A DNA stretch of 64,000 nucleotides from contig CM120647.1 in the NCBI GenBank assembly GCA_051362555.1, positions 7,006,001-7,070,000 of the forward strand, in the 5' to 3' direction. This document shows positions 52,701 to 64,000 of this stretch, piece after piece. This stretch comes from Lingula anatina (Eukaryota; Animalia; Brachiopoda). The notes beneath the pieces are model-generated. The model was not told the DNA's origin, searched no databases, and saw only the letters and a list, made by a program, of their open reading frames with translations. The position numbers were made by a program, and so were the translations under genes. Position 1 is the stretch's first letter; every line of letters begins with the position of its first letter.

Positions 52701-53332
52701 ATGTTTAATAAAAATGATAAAATACCCTAACAGTAAATTAAGAATTCCGATTCTTTCGCACAAGATCAATAACGGTGAGGTTAACTAGGGTGATTAATTT
52801 CAAAAGACGTCTTTGCAAGTGCCAACACACACACAAATAGATTAGGTAATAAAGTTATTGATGTAACTCGGTAACCGAGAGCATTCCATGCCTAAATCAA
52901 CAAAAGACGTTCCCTTTAAACCTAGTTGCCATGCAACCCAGCCTGGGGTCCACCAAAACATTGACGTGCGCAGGTGCAATCGTCTTAGGTAATAGTTACC
53001 TGACTGGGGTGAAAATGTGTCGACTGAACACGGTTTTCCTTCTCTTATTGGTCATTTCTCGGTGTCTTGAGGACGGCCAAGGTCAAAGTAAGTAAAATTA
53101 TCTTTTCACTTCAATGAAAATCGAAACTTCATGAAAACTGCATTAAATCATTTTTGTGTAAGGGCCCGTGATTTTCCAACATCGTAACCGATTAACTATA
53201 AAAAATGTAATACGGCTATAAACGTTTATTGGCAGTTCACAGACGATATGACGTATCCGATGCCTTAGTGTGTTATCCACTATGATTATAATTATATAAA
53301 TACTTGTATGCAATGTTGAGACTTACACGTAT

Positions 53333-53370
<38 letters not shown>

Positions 53371-56300
53371 CTTTCCCACCCCCTTACGAAAATATACTCA
53401 CAGTGCCTGATAATATGCTAACAGATGAATCAGTAGGTCACGAAAGAAGGTTAAATTCTGACTAAAATATAAAGAAAGGAGCAGTCTAAAGCTCTTTTAT
53501 GACTGATCGAGTGATTTCTTCAGGTTAGTCGAATTTATTTGAATCGTATAAGAAACTAGTAGAAGTGGTTTATGTGTTACTGGGGATCCACGCTCGATTC
53601 ACATGTACCATTTAATAGGCGTTCATTTTCGCAAAGCTATGTTGCAAACGTTCAAGTTCACTTTTTTTCTGCATTTATTGGTTTCATTTGGGTGCATAGA
53701 AAGAGAAATATGAAAACAAGTGAGGTGTCTCATTTCATAAAAGGTGAAAACTCCCTGAACACAGGACTGCAGATCACATACATGTATTCATTATAGGATT
53801 TTTAATATTTTAAAAAAGGTTTAACTCCATTAAAGACATCAAAAGCAGAAAGTATCAGCGTGCCATTATGTAAATGGAAAAAGTTCGAACTTTTAGACAA
53901 TCTTTTTAATCCGAATAAATTAAAATAGATTTGCAATCAAAGACGAAAAGAAAATTAATAAAAGAAATTGAAGGCTCTGGCCCAATTAATGTGCGGCCGA
54001 CGAGTCCGAAATGTAAAAATAAGAAAATAGGTTAAACGTAAGATCTATAGATCTGTACTGTTCAAACAAATTTAAAAAACACTCCGTCATTTAAGATACA
54101 ACAGTTTGAACCTACTGTTATTTAAATCAAGCAATTATTATACAATGTCATTATTCTGTAATTGGAGAACGTCACACTTTAAAGGGATAAAAACTCTTCG
54201 TTTTGGCCAAAAAATGAATTTTCCTGGAGTAAACAACAATTTTCTCATACTAACCAATGGTTAATGAATCCATTTTTACATTCAAAGTGAGTCCCTGTTT
54301 TTTTTTCTAAAAAGTTTGTTTAACAGAGTACAGCCATCAATGGAGGTCACGTGGTCTGAAGACAATCTCGGATATCAGAATAATAGCTATAACTGCCGTT
54401 TTTCTTGTACAACAGAATATATTATATTTCTGTGAGTTGGTCACAATGTTTTTATTGTGAAATATAGATCTCATACGAAGAGTTATTATCCCTTTAATCG
54501 TGTTGCAATGAAATAAAATGTTCACTCCTAAGTCTAATATAATAATTATCATGTTTATTTTTGGGGAGAAATAGGTGAACATTATTTGAATTAGGTAACC
54601 TTGATCTCCTCCAACGTGCTACAAAGGCATTCTTCAGTCTGTCCAAGTCTCTTCCACTTCAGAGTAATGTTAACACATCCTTAAAAGAGAAATTATTTGA
54701 TACCCTCATTTCCCCAATCCTTACATATTGCTCAGAGATATGGGGCTACTCTGTGTCAACGGATAACTGCCCTACAGAAAAGTTATACTAAAGATTTTGC
54801 AAAAAAATCCTTGGCCTCCATCAAAACGTATCAAACTATGGTGTATACACTGAACTTGGCCGCCTTCCCCTCTTTACCAAAATACAGTTTGCATCTGTCA
54901 AACTATGGTGTAAAATTATTCAAATGTCTGATGCTACACTAATGAAACAAGCATACATACAAGAGATAAATAGTTACAAGTTGCTGACACCTTATGTTCC
55001 TCCCGCAGTCCACACACTCAGACCAGCTTCTATGTCATGGTCTGAGGGATCCGAATAATCCTTTTCACATTTGGCCTTGGAGATGTGTGGCTTAGCCAGT
55101 CACCTCCAAAAAACTTCACCACAATTTTCAAACAAAGACAAACTGACCACTTTACCCAAATATGCAATAGCAAACTTCAAGCCAGCAGTAAATTGTCTCT
55201 CTTCCGTATACTTAACCAAAAGTGTGAAAGGGCAACTTATGTTGATAAAATAACAAATTATGACACCTTGTCAACCCTTGCTAAACTACGTCTTAGTGAC
55301 CATAAACTCCACATCGAAACTGGGCGGCACACCTGGCCAAAAACTGAAAGGTGCTACAGAATCTGTCGCCTGTGCACCCAAGGGGTAATTGAAGATGAAT
55401 ATCATTTTATATTCCAATGCCCAATGTACAAAGCAGACCGAGTCACCTTTTTTAGTAAAACCTCAATCCTAAAAGCTGATACAAGCTTAAGGTCACCAGA
55501 CAGTCAATTATGCCATGTATTTAACAGTGCCAACAAAGATACTTTAGTGTCCCTCTCCAACTTTATAATCAAATCATTCAAGAAAAGAAGTGAAGTGGTT
55601 GCTCTGCTTGGTAACTCTTAGCATATCCCTTAAAATGTCAGTGTATGGTCCCACTGTTGTGAGAAGTGACTCGGCAGTGGGACTGAACATGGCACAATAT
55701 TTATATCTGTGTAACTTATTTACTTATCTGTCTTATTTAATTGTCATTAATAGTAATCATATATGCCATCAAACTGGCCTTAAACAGCCATGTAAACAGC
55801 TATGTAACTGTGGTTTTAAGTTTAAACATATCACATATCCTTTTGTGTAACATGTGTATAGTATGCTTATGGTAAATTTATAATCACACCAAGGTTTATC
55901 TCATTGCTTAGATAGAATATTTTATGAGTAATTTTACTAGTACGTATGTTCATTATATAAATATTATTTTTTCCTTCACAAATGGTTGGGCAACATAATA
56001 CCAACTAGAGAAATGGTAATGCACTAACTGTATTGTATCGTCATTAGTATATCATGTTGTACAAGGTCATGACAATCTATGCACCAGTACAGAAATAAAT
56101 TGAATTGAATTGAATTGAATTGAATTATTTGACCCCTCAAATTCCTGAGGGTGATGCACGGGTAAAAATTAAGGTTTTCCTGAACAGATAGCACGCACAC
56201 TCTCACCCATGTGATCACTCATTCACCCCATTTCCATAGATTAGATCGACCTACTTTAGATCGACCTAACTTCCTGGGGGTTCACGCTAAATAGCTGTCA

Positions 56301-59300
56301 GCCGGGCGGACACGAAAGTTAATTACCCCCTTAAAGCTTGTAGTAGGCGGGACGGACATTTAAGTCGGATTATCTGAAAGTAATCTAGTGAGACTCCCCG
56401 CGGGGATAGATCGATCTAAAATCTATGGGAATAGAGCCATTGTGAAAATCGCACAGCATGAGCTTTGACTGACACATTCTGTAGCCATGCCCCAGTATCG
56501 TGTTTTGTCACTTGAAGATGCACATCAAATCACCGTTTAGATCTTCAAGAAGTAAATGCGTCATTTTACTGGCACATCTATGAAGATCTACTATAACTGT
56601 CATTCTTTGCTAGTGGTTACAAAATGTTGAATTTGACCGAAAATTTCAAACTTTCTCTGTAATTTTGCGATGTGATAGCTACACCATCACAGTTTATCAT
56701 TTCATAAAAAGGGAAACAGCAGCTGCCCTTTTTAGGGCACACAGGAGAGTTGAACAGCTATACCCACCAAATCCAAGACGCGTTACCCTGGGTAATATAT
56801 TTTGCACAAACTAATGAAAGTCTAATGGAATGTTTTCAGTTTTAGTTTAAATCATAAGGGGATGTTGTCTCAATGCTTCAAAACTGGTTTTGAAGAATTT
56901 AATCCACATTTCATAATTAATAAAAATGGTGAATATGTGGGTCACGGTAACGTTATTGACGCGGGTACAAAAACTTTTTTTATAATCATGTAAATAATAA
57001 CAATATTTTTGCTATTATCCATACACACTTCATTCATGAGGGGCACACCACTTTCACATGCTTTTAAAATGGAATTGACAAACACAGGAATAATGCACAT
57101 ATTTTATTTACTGTAACTCTGTCATATGGGACACACACTGAACAAAGTTGATCTAAAGAATGTTCCAGATTGTAGTTTTTTATCAGAACTATTATTTTTT
57201 TATTATTATTTTAACACAATAAAGTTCAGTTAAATACAAAATTTAACAAAATGAAGTTCAGTGTAACACAAAGTTCATAATTATAACATTCTTCCTGACA
57301 TATGTAGACCAATGGTGATATCTGTTCTGTGCTCACTAAGGCATCCACTCTTGGGATTCTGAAAAAAAATCACACAAAGAATCTGTTAACTCTGATAACG
57401 AACAATGGATAACCTAAGATCACAAATAGTTTATTGCTTATTCAAACAAAGTACAGTGCATTATGAGTGGCAAACACGCATTACTGAGACACATTTTCTT
57501 CACCCATTTTCGGTGCTTCATTGCGTAACGTAAGTGTTGCTAGTAATCCATTATTGCTGTTTTTACAGACGGTTAAATTTTAAACGCACGGAATACAGTG
57601 TAGCAGCTTAATTTAAGACAAAACTAAAAAAAAAGTAATTCAATTTCGATGATTGAGTTTTCGAGAACAAGAGAACATGAATACGGTATCACCGCGTCAC
57701 CATGTTCAATATGACCTTTAGTCCCCCATGTGAAACAGACGCAAAACGAAAGTTCAGACGAAGTCACCCTACTTATAGAATGGTAAAAATCAATCGGTAC
57801 ACAAATATGTTGAAATAATTGAAGAAAAATGAAACGAAACTCATTATTTCTCACCTTCATACAAAGAAGATCCCAATAAACAATCCTGTGACGGTTAAAT
57901 CGAGGGAATTACACCTGTGCCCTGCATCCTATCTCGACAGCGTCATTGCGTGACATGTTATCAGAATGGGCCACCCGCCAGTTAGAGCTGGGTTTTTTTA
58001 GTGTGCAAAAGAAGCCATTCGTGTGTAAGACGTCATCAGTTAGTGAGTATGGAAGAAGATCGCTATCGATGTATAATTTTCACGCGGCATTTTAAAGTCG
58101 TCTGATAAAAATCGATCTCTGAAGTTTCAGCGTTGCGAACGTTATATTGGGACGCGGTGAAGAAAAATCGACCTTGCTGAGCAATAAATGTGAAATTCTT
58201 GAGAAAACTGATATTATCATGGACTTCGTGACACAAACTAACCGACATACTATTTTGGACGATTGAACAGTTTTAATACGGAAAGATAGGATTAGATGAA
58301 ATTTTCATCGGGGTGGGACACCGCATGTATCGTAAGTTAAGCTAATTTTGTGATCATTTTTCAGTGACTTCAAATAAATTTTTATTTAAATAACAATTTG
58401 CACATTCTGTTTATTATATCTTCTTGCAGTAGATGTATTTCCTGCTTCAATAATCCATTCAAATCCTAAACAAACTGTTCTTAAATAGAGGTAGGGTCAA
58501 AATTCCACAAAAAAGGACGCCATTTTGAGGGTTATTTCGATATATTTTCTGCTTTTTCTATTTTTTTTTGCTTTTATAACAACATCCTCCTTGCTCATGC
58601 AGCTTCTTTGATTTGTTATTGAAACATACACAACGATGTCATGAGAATTTGGTTGGCTATCTAAATTTAAATAACATTCTTGTTATGGCCCCCCTGCAGT
58701 GCACCACTAGCAAATAATGACTGATAAAGATGTGATATTTGATCCAAGCTTTCAGATAATATCTGAAAAAAGAAATCCCTGAAGAAGGCCTAGGGGCTGA
58801 AAGCTTGGGTTTGATGTGAAAATAGTTTCTTTGGATTTCAGTTTTGATAGTCAAAAAGTTTTCTTTTATGATATATCCAGATGTCTGATTTACCTGTTGA
58901 CTGTTTCGCCTTAACCTGTTCAGGTGAAGGTAAACAGGCAATTACCTCAGTCTTGATGATGACTTGTTAGTCGCTCTAGACCCCTCCTCCCAGGGTGGGT
59001 TTGAGAATGTCGTCATACACATGGGGCAGCTTGTGTGCAGTACAGGGAAATGTAAGCGAGGGAGTCAAAACCAGATCCAAATACTCAAACAGAAGTCTCA
59101 GACCCCATTCCCAGAGATTAGATCGATCCAAACTAGATCGACCTAACTCCCTGGGGGTTCACGCTAAATAGTTGTCAGTCGAGCGGCACGAAAGATAATT
59201 ACCCCCTTACAGCTTGAAGTAGGCGGGACGGACATTTAAGCCGGATTATCTGACAGAAATCTAGTGAGACTCCCCACGGGGATAAATCGATCTAAAATCT

Positions 59301-60086
59301 ATGGGAATAGGCCCTTACACAAATCCGCCATCACAGGTCATATGTCAGACAACAACCATGTGCCAAAATGGGACAATGTAAAAGTGCTAACCAGTGAAAA
59401 TATGATTACAATAAGCACAGAGTTTTGAAAAGCCAGAGGTGAGAGGGACTAACAAGACCTCATTAAGACTAGGTTGATTACCTGTTTACCTTCACTTGTT
59501 ATGTTGCAAACGATCGAGTTTACTTTTCATGCATCAGTTGTTTTAAATGGATGTAAATAGGGAGAGGTATGAAGACAACTAGGGTGTTTAAATCCATGGG
59601 AAAAGAAAATTCACTTAACATGTAATTAAAGAAACCATTTACTATTCTTTGGTTATAAACACGATCATAATTTTTTTTTGGTCAAAACTGTTTGTAAATA
59701 ATTGCTTTTGCTAACTCGTCACATCATAATCATTAGGAAAGTTGGGTTGTACAATAAATACGGCATTGTTTGGCCAAATCTCGAACCATAGCCTTCTTTC
59801 TTGTTGTGAATAAGACTATGGATGTTTGTGGTAAACTGGGATAGAGGAAACATAAAAAATATATGAAATATCTATGTGTATGTCAAACCGTTTTGGAGCA
59901 GGCCTTTGTGATAAATCTGTGAAGGGAAAATATGATGCACTTAAAGATTAAAAATGAAAATAACTGTAGGCTCTGACCCACTAGAATGTGCGTTCGACAT
60001 GGCAGTGCTTAGTAAAATGTTAGATAAGAAATTAGTGAAACGCTCTGTGGGGTCTCAAATTCTATAACAATTATGCTATTATATGT

Positions 60087-60167
<81 letters not shown>

Positions 60168-63100
60168 TTTTTAAAGCCGAAGGAGACGTTCGCCTTCAAG
60201 ATGGAGACACACAATACCAAGGTCGCGTGGAGATATATCACAATGGGGAGTGGCTGAGGGTGTGTGATTGGAGGTGGGGGTTTAACGACGCCAGAGTTAC
60301 GTGCAGACAGTTAGGCTTCGAGGACGCCCACTCGGGTAAGTATCATGTGCCTTTTCAGAAAGATATAAGTTTATCTTATCACTGAGAAACAAGTCTTTTA
60401 GGAACAATGTTGATATTGTAGACAACGTTACGCATAAAATGACTGAATCATTTATTGTCTTTTAGATAGCATAATTTGTTACTGTTTTGTTAGCACAATG
60501 GACACCGTGGCACGTTTGTTCTTTGTGCACTTCGAGCCTTTGTACAAATCTAAAAAAATGAAAAAAATGACATAAGTATGCGATAAACAATAAACTCATA
60601 GAAACTAATAGAAACAAACTACAGTATATACGTTAAAGAAAAAGAAATACATTTTACAATTACTCACATTATATGCTATCTACGGTTCCAAACACAGGTG
60701 ACCGACCGGTATTCTTGCTACTTGTCTACTAAATTTTCTATATATTTTTACACCACACACACACACCCAAAACCACTTGACTGATTACTGTTCATCTGAC
60801 TAGAGTGACCACAGGGTCATGTGACTTGGCGCACTAACAGTTGAGATAAGTCCGGTTCACTTCGCTGGGCACAGGTAGGTTGAAAATTGAAACAACACTC
60901 TTGCTTAAAATGAAACCAGAAATATAACTACAATTCCAAAGTTCACTGTGACGATTATGGGAATCCTTCCTGTACATGGCTGTAGCAGCAAGTGTCCATA
61001 ATTCTTTGAGTAATTCAAAAGTAGGTGGTTAGTGTTGTCTACCCTATGTTACAGAGCTGAGCTCATGTATGTCCCAGTCATTGCCCCAGCGGGCAAATAA
61101 TCTTGTTTCAAAGTTGAAACAATGTTGATCTTTACCGTTGTCTAGCATAACGACGACCACAATACAAAGTTGAATCAATGCCACGTTATGACGGCGTTCT
61201 GAAGTGGCTGGATGAACGTGAATTAGACGTTGAATTTAGGTCGATCAAATATTGATCCAATATCAATATACCTGTTGGGTGGTGTTTTTCGACGCAAGTC
61301 AACTTGAAGGATGGCAATACATTCCCTTACAAGAGAAAGCTGGACAATGTTTCTCGTTTTCGGCACAACTAAAAGGACACTGCAAAATACTCTGTAATAA
61401 AGTTCTTTCTGGCATATTGGTTTTGAATTATTCTACTAATTTGTCTGACCCATGACATACCATTTGGTACCCTCTACAAGGGCGACAGATGGATGTTACA
61501 TAGATATCCACACACGTGTCTCTAGATAAATAGACAGCCATTTGGCTCTGCGTCATCCTGTAATTTATTTATTTATTTATTATTTATTGCGGTTCAAGTA
61601 CATTTTTTACAATGACTATGACCTAACAGTATACATAATATAATCATATAACTAAAATTACAATAGTAAATTACAATATTGTTTATACAATAACTGTGAT
61701 CAGATTTTACAATTGCAGTATACGCTCGTTACTTTGGTTGACTAGGTGGTGGTTGGTTGAGAATATTTTTTCTTACCTTATTACACATTGTGATATAGTG
61801 GGCCACATTCTTTATAACATGTAAATCGTTTGACTGCATTATGCATTTGAACTGACCCTCTGGGGTTTGTGTAGGATCTGGTTTTAGGATCTCCCTGTGT
61901 TTGGTGAGTAAGGGGCATTTTAAAAGAAAGTGTATTTCGTTTTCCACTTCATCTGAGCATAACTTGCAGATCCTTTCTTCAGGGGGTATTGATTTTGGTT
62001 TTCGGTATCTGCCTCTTTGGATTTCTAAGTCATGTGCCCCTGTTCTAAATTTTGCCAAATTTTGCATTTCATGTTTTGGTATAGGTGCTGTTGTGTACGC
62101 TTCCCTTTCATAATTTGTTTTAAATAATCGATATGTACGTAGTATGCTGTTTTCTCGCTCTATTTCTTTGAGAAACAAAAGGGTATAATGACTTTCCAGT
62201 GCTTTTTTTACTTCTGCTTTCGAGGGGGTATTAGTCTGTGTTTTCATTAGATTTTGAGTAATGTATTTGATTTCGCTTGACCAATTTTTTACCTGTGTAT
62301 CCTGTTTTGTTTCATATTCATACATTGTTTTTGCCAAGCGCTGCTTTGGCATTTCAGAAAATCTTTGCCAGTAGGATGTAGCATGACCCATTATGTCATG
62401 CGTAATTGGGAATCTACCTAGTTCTGCTTTAGCTGCTATATTACTGGCATTGCGCCTCACACCTAAAATGTATTTGCAATAGTTATTTTGTACTACTTCG
62501 AATGGCAAAGTATTCATGTATTTAAGAGATTTTATGCTTTTAGATGCGATTGATGGTCCCCAGATTTCGCATCCGTACATCAGTATGGGTTTTATAAGGA
62601 TATCGAAGAGTTTTAAATATGTCTGGGTCATATTGTGGGTGGTGGACTGTAAAGCCTGCTTAACTGCAAAAACCGCCTTCATGGCTTTACCTTTCAGATC
62701 ATCAAGTGCACTTTTGAATGATCCATTCGATTCGTAATGTAATCTCAAGACTGATATGACTGGTAATTGTTTGCATAACTGCTCTATGCAGGCACTGCCA
62801 CTTGACAGACCCAGTCTTTTGACAACAATCAAGACAGTTATTTGGTCTGAACTTAATGACTTGCTCTTCTGTGACAGATAAAAATAGCCCCTTAAGCCCC
62901 CTTTACACTGGACGGCGTCCTTTCTGCGTCCTGTATTAGGGTCTTGTTTGAGAGTAAAAAAAAAAAATTATTTAAGTGTCGAAAACTGGCCGATCATTCT
63001 CCAACCAAAGCAATGATTTTGCCACATTATTACAACCACAGTGATGCCAGTTTCATCTATCTCACAAAGGACGCAGAAAGGACGCCGTCCAGTGTAAAGG

Positions 63101-64000
63101 GGGTTTTATGAATAGCTTGTTATTTCAGAGTGAGGCTAAACAGTAAAGAAACATCTGACGTGATAGCCGCCATTTTTTTTAAACTGCCGTATACGGGATT
63201 AGAGGAAATTGATTTGGTTCAATAAATTTCTCAGTCTTATTTTGAGCCTCGATATTATCTCCAACCTTCTATAATCACCAGTTTTTCTGTATTTCATTCA
63301 ACGCCAGGAGAGCATGTTAATCCGATTGCATTAAGCAAGAATCATAGCTAGGCAAATAGAACCTAAGAGGAGGGGACCATAAGATAGTAAGTTACCGAGT
63401 TTTAAGCCCTACTTTATTTTCCAACAGGATATAGCGACCATGACCCCAGAGGCACAGGGTCCTTTTGGTTGTCCGACGTCAATTGCGCCGGAACTGAAGA
63501 GGGTTTGTACAACTGTTCGTCCCTAGGGTGGGGCACCATTAGCTATTTATGCGGCACCGGAGACTACGACGATGCTGGAGTCATCTGTAAAGCACGTACG
63601 TAAATACCGATATGTTTTTTTAAGGGCAATAAGCGACACGATTTACTAATTATTATAAGTGATGACAATTGCAGTTTTGGTCAAAAACGGATTTTCTTTA
63701 AGAAAACGGTAATTTTCTCATGGTTTATGAATCCGATCCGAGATACGAAGTTGGTCCATTTCACAATCTGAACTTTTTTCTCAATACACTCTCAAAAAAT
63801 TTGCAAAAGGCAATCATCTTTGAGTTTCCATGGTGTGATGAACCTCATATTCCCGAGTAATTGCGTTTTAGCTGCCGATTCTGAGGGTAACATAGAACTT
63901 ATTATATTCCGTGTGTTATTTACAGTGCATTTATGTGAAATGTGAATTTCATATGTAGAGTTGATATCCCCATAACAATCAAACGAGTCCAAAGCGGCGA
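49705..64000 (+). CDS. Gene 4 (5' part, truncated by window end): SRCR paralog closest to gene 3
   Basis: Four identical signal exons, then SRCR-A exons 60177-60335 and 63428-63595; intron sequence tracks gene 3 up to just before SRCR-B. Confidence 0.82.
50541..50613 (+). CDS. Gene 4 signal-peptide exon copy 2
   Basis: Identical to copy 1. Confidence 0.6.
51781..51853 (+). CDS. Gene 4 signal-peptide exon copy 3
   Basis: Identical to copy 1; 1240 bp after copy 2. Confidence 0.6.
53015..53087 (+). CDS. Gene 4 signal-peptide exon copy 4 (proximal)
   Basis: Identical to copy 1; followed by intron sequence homologous to gene 3 intron 1. Confidence 0.72.
54183..54493. mobile_element. Kolobok-like MITE
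   Basis: TTAA|agggataaaactcttcgt...acgaagagttattatccct|TTAA; absent from the gene 3 intron. Confidence 0.78.
54590..56123 (+). mobile_element. 5'-truncated LINE (RTE-X-like) with C-terminal CCHC region
   Basis: [15 protein letters not shown]...CRLC...[11 protein letters not shown]; (TTGAA)n tail; 9-bp TSD ATTATTTGA at 54581 and 56124; absent from gene 3. Confidence 0.87.
56224..56438. mobile_element. MITE (same family as 59101-59314)
   Basis: ccccatttccatagattagatcga / tcgatctaaaatctatgggaatag inverted ends. Confidence 0.75.
58850..59495. mobile_element. Long-TIR (foldback-like) element remnant; paralogous copy at about 34575-35025
   Basis: gtgaaggtaaacagg...cctgtttaccttcac inverted arms; the gene 3 right arm is the reverse complement of the gene 4 left arm. 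Confidence 0.55.
59101..59314. mobile_element. Harbinger-type MITE nested in the long-TIR element
   Basis: TCA/TTA flanks; empty site cagaagtcttacac at 34731 in gene 3. Confidence 0.8.
60177..60335 (+). CDS. Gene 4 SRCR-A N-half exon
   Basis: 159 nt; differs from the gene 3 exon by R>L and K>R. Confidence 0.9.
61565..62737 (-). mobile_element. 5'-truncated LINE (RTE-X-like), open RT C-terminal ORF
   Basis: [54 protein letters not shown]; (TAAA)n tail; candidate TSD TGTAAT at 61559 and 62738. Confidence 0.9.
62895..63105. mobile_element. PIF/Harbinger MITE
   Basis: About 38-bp TIR agccccctttacactggacggcgtcctttctgcgtcct; TTA TSD; only its right half is present in gene 3 (about 37237-37327). 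Confidence 0.85.
63428..63595 (+). CDS. Gene 4 SRCR-A C-half exon
   Basis: 168 nt; near identical to 37654-37821 (P>L plus silent changes). Confidence 0.9.

Larger units (their letters stand above)
49580..53135 (+). repeat. Tandem repeat (about 1240-bp unit) of promoter + exon 1 + start of intron 1
   Basis: ATG spacing 836, 1240 and 1234 bp; units near identical; first unit lacks about 404 bp. Confidence 0.93.

Noticed and set aside
61729-62832. 367-aa ORF as a host gene
   Set aside because: It is a LINE RT C-terminus; the first about 32 aa lie outside the candidate TSD and the catalytic core is missing.

Overview
AT-rich, intron-rich eukaryotic DNA; the gene content suggests an invertebrate deuterostome such as an echinoderm (inference). 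The window holds a head-to-tail tandem array of four paralogous + strand genes, assembled here by hand from GT-AG exons with consistent phases. Shared architecture: 73-nt signal-peptide exon, several 6-Cys (group A) SRCR domains each split over two phase-1 exons, a Pro/Thr-rich stalk, a 12-Cys Ly6/uPAR (LU, three-finger) domain, and a hydrophobic GPI-type C-terminus. Gene 1 (1987-11475) has 3 SRCRs (510 aa). Gene 2 (12583-28797) has 4 (612 aa). Gene 3 (32778-47861) has 5, with a +1 frameshift in SRCR-D. Gene 4 (from 49705) has four tandem promoter/first-exon copies, is nearly identical to gene 3 over SRCR-A, and runs off the window. I do not recognise SRCR(n)-stalk-LU-GPI as a named family. 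It looks like a diversifying cell-surface receptor cluster, with a hypervariable LU finger and a conserved intronic CRE+IRF-like element. Introns contain LINE fragments, Tc1 remnants, MITEs, a Helentron-type element and microsatellites. Most short ORFs in the supplied track are spurious.
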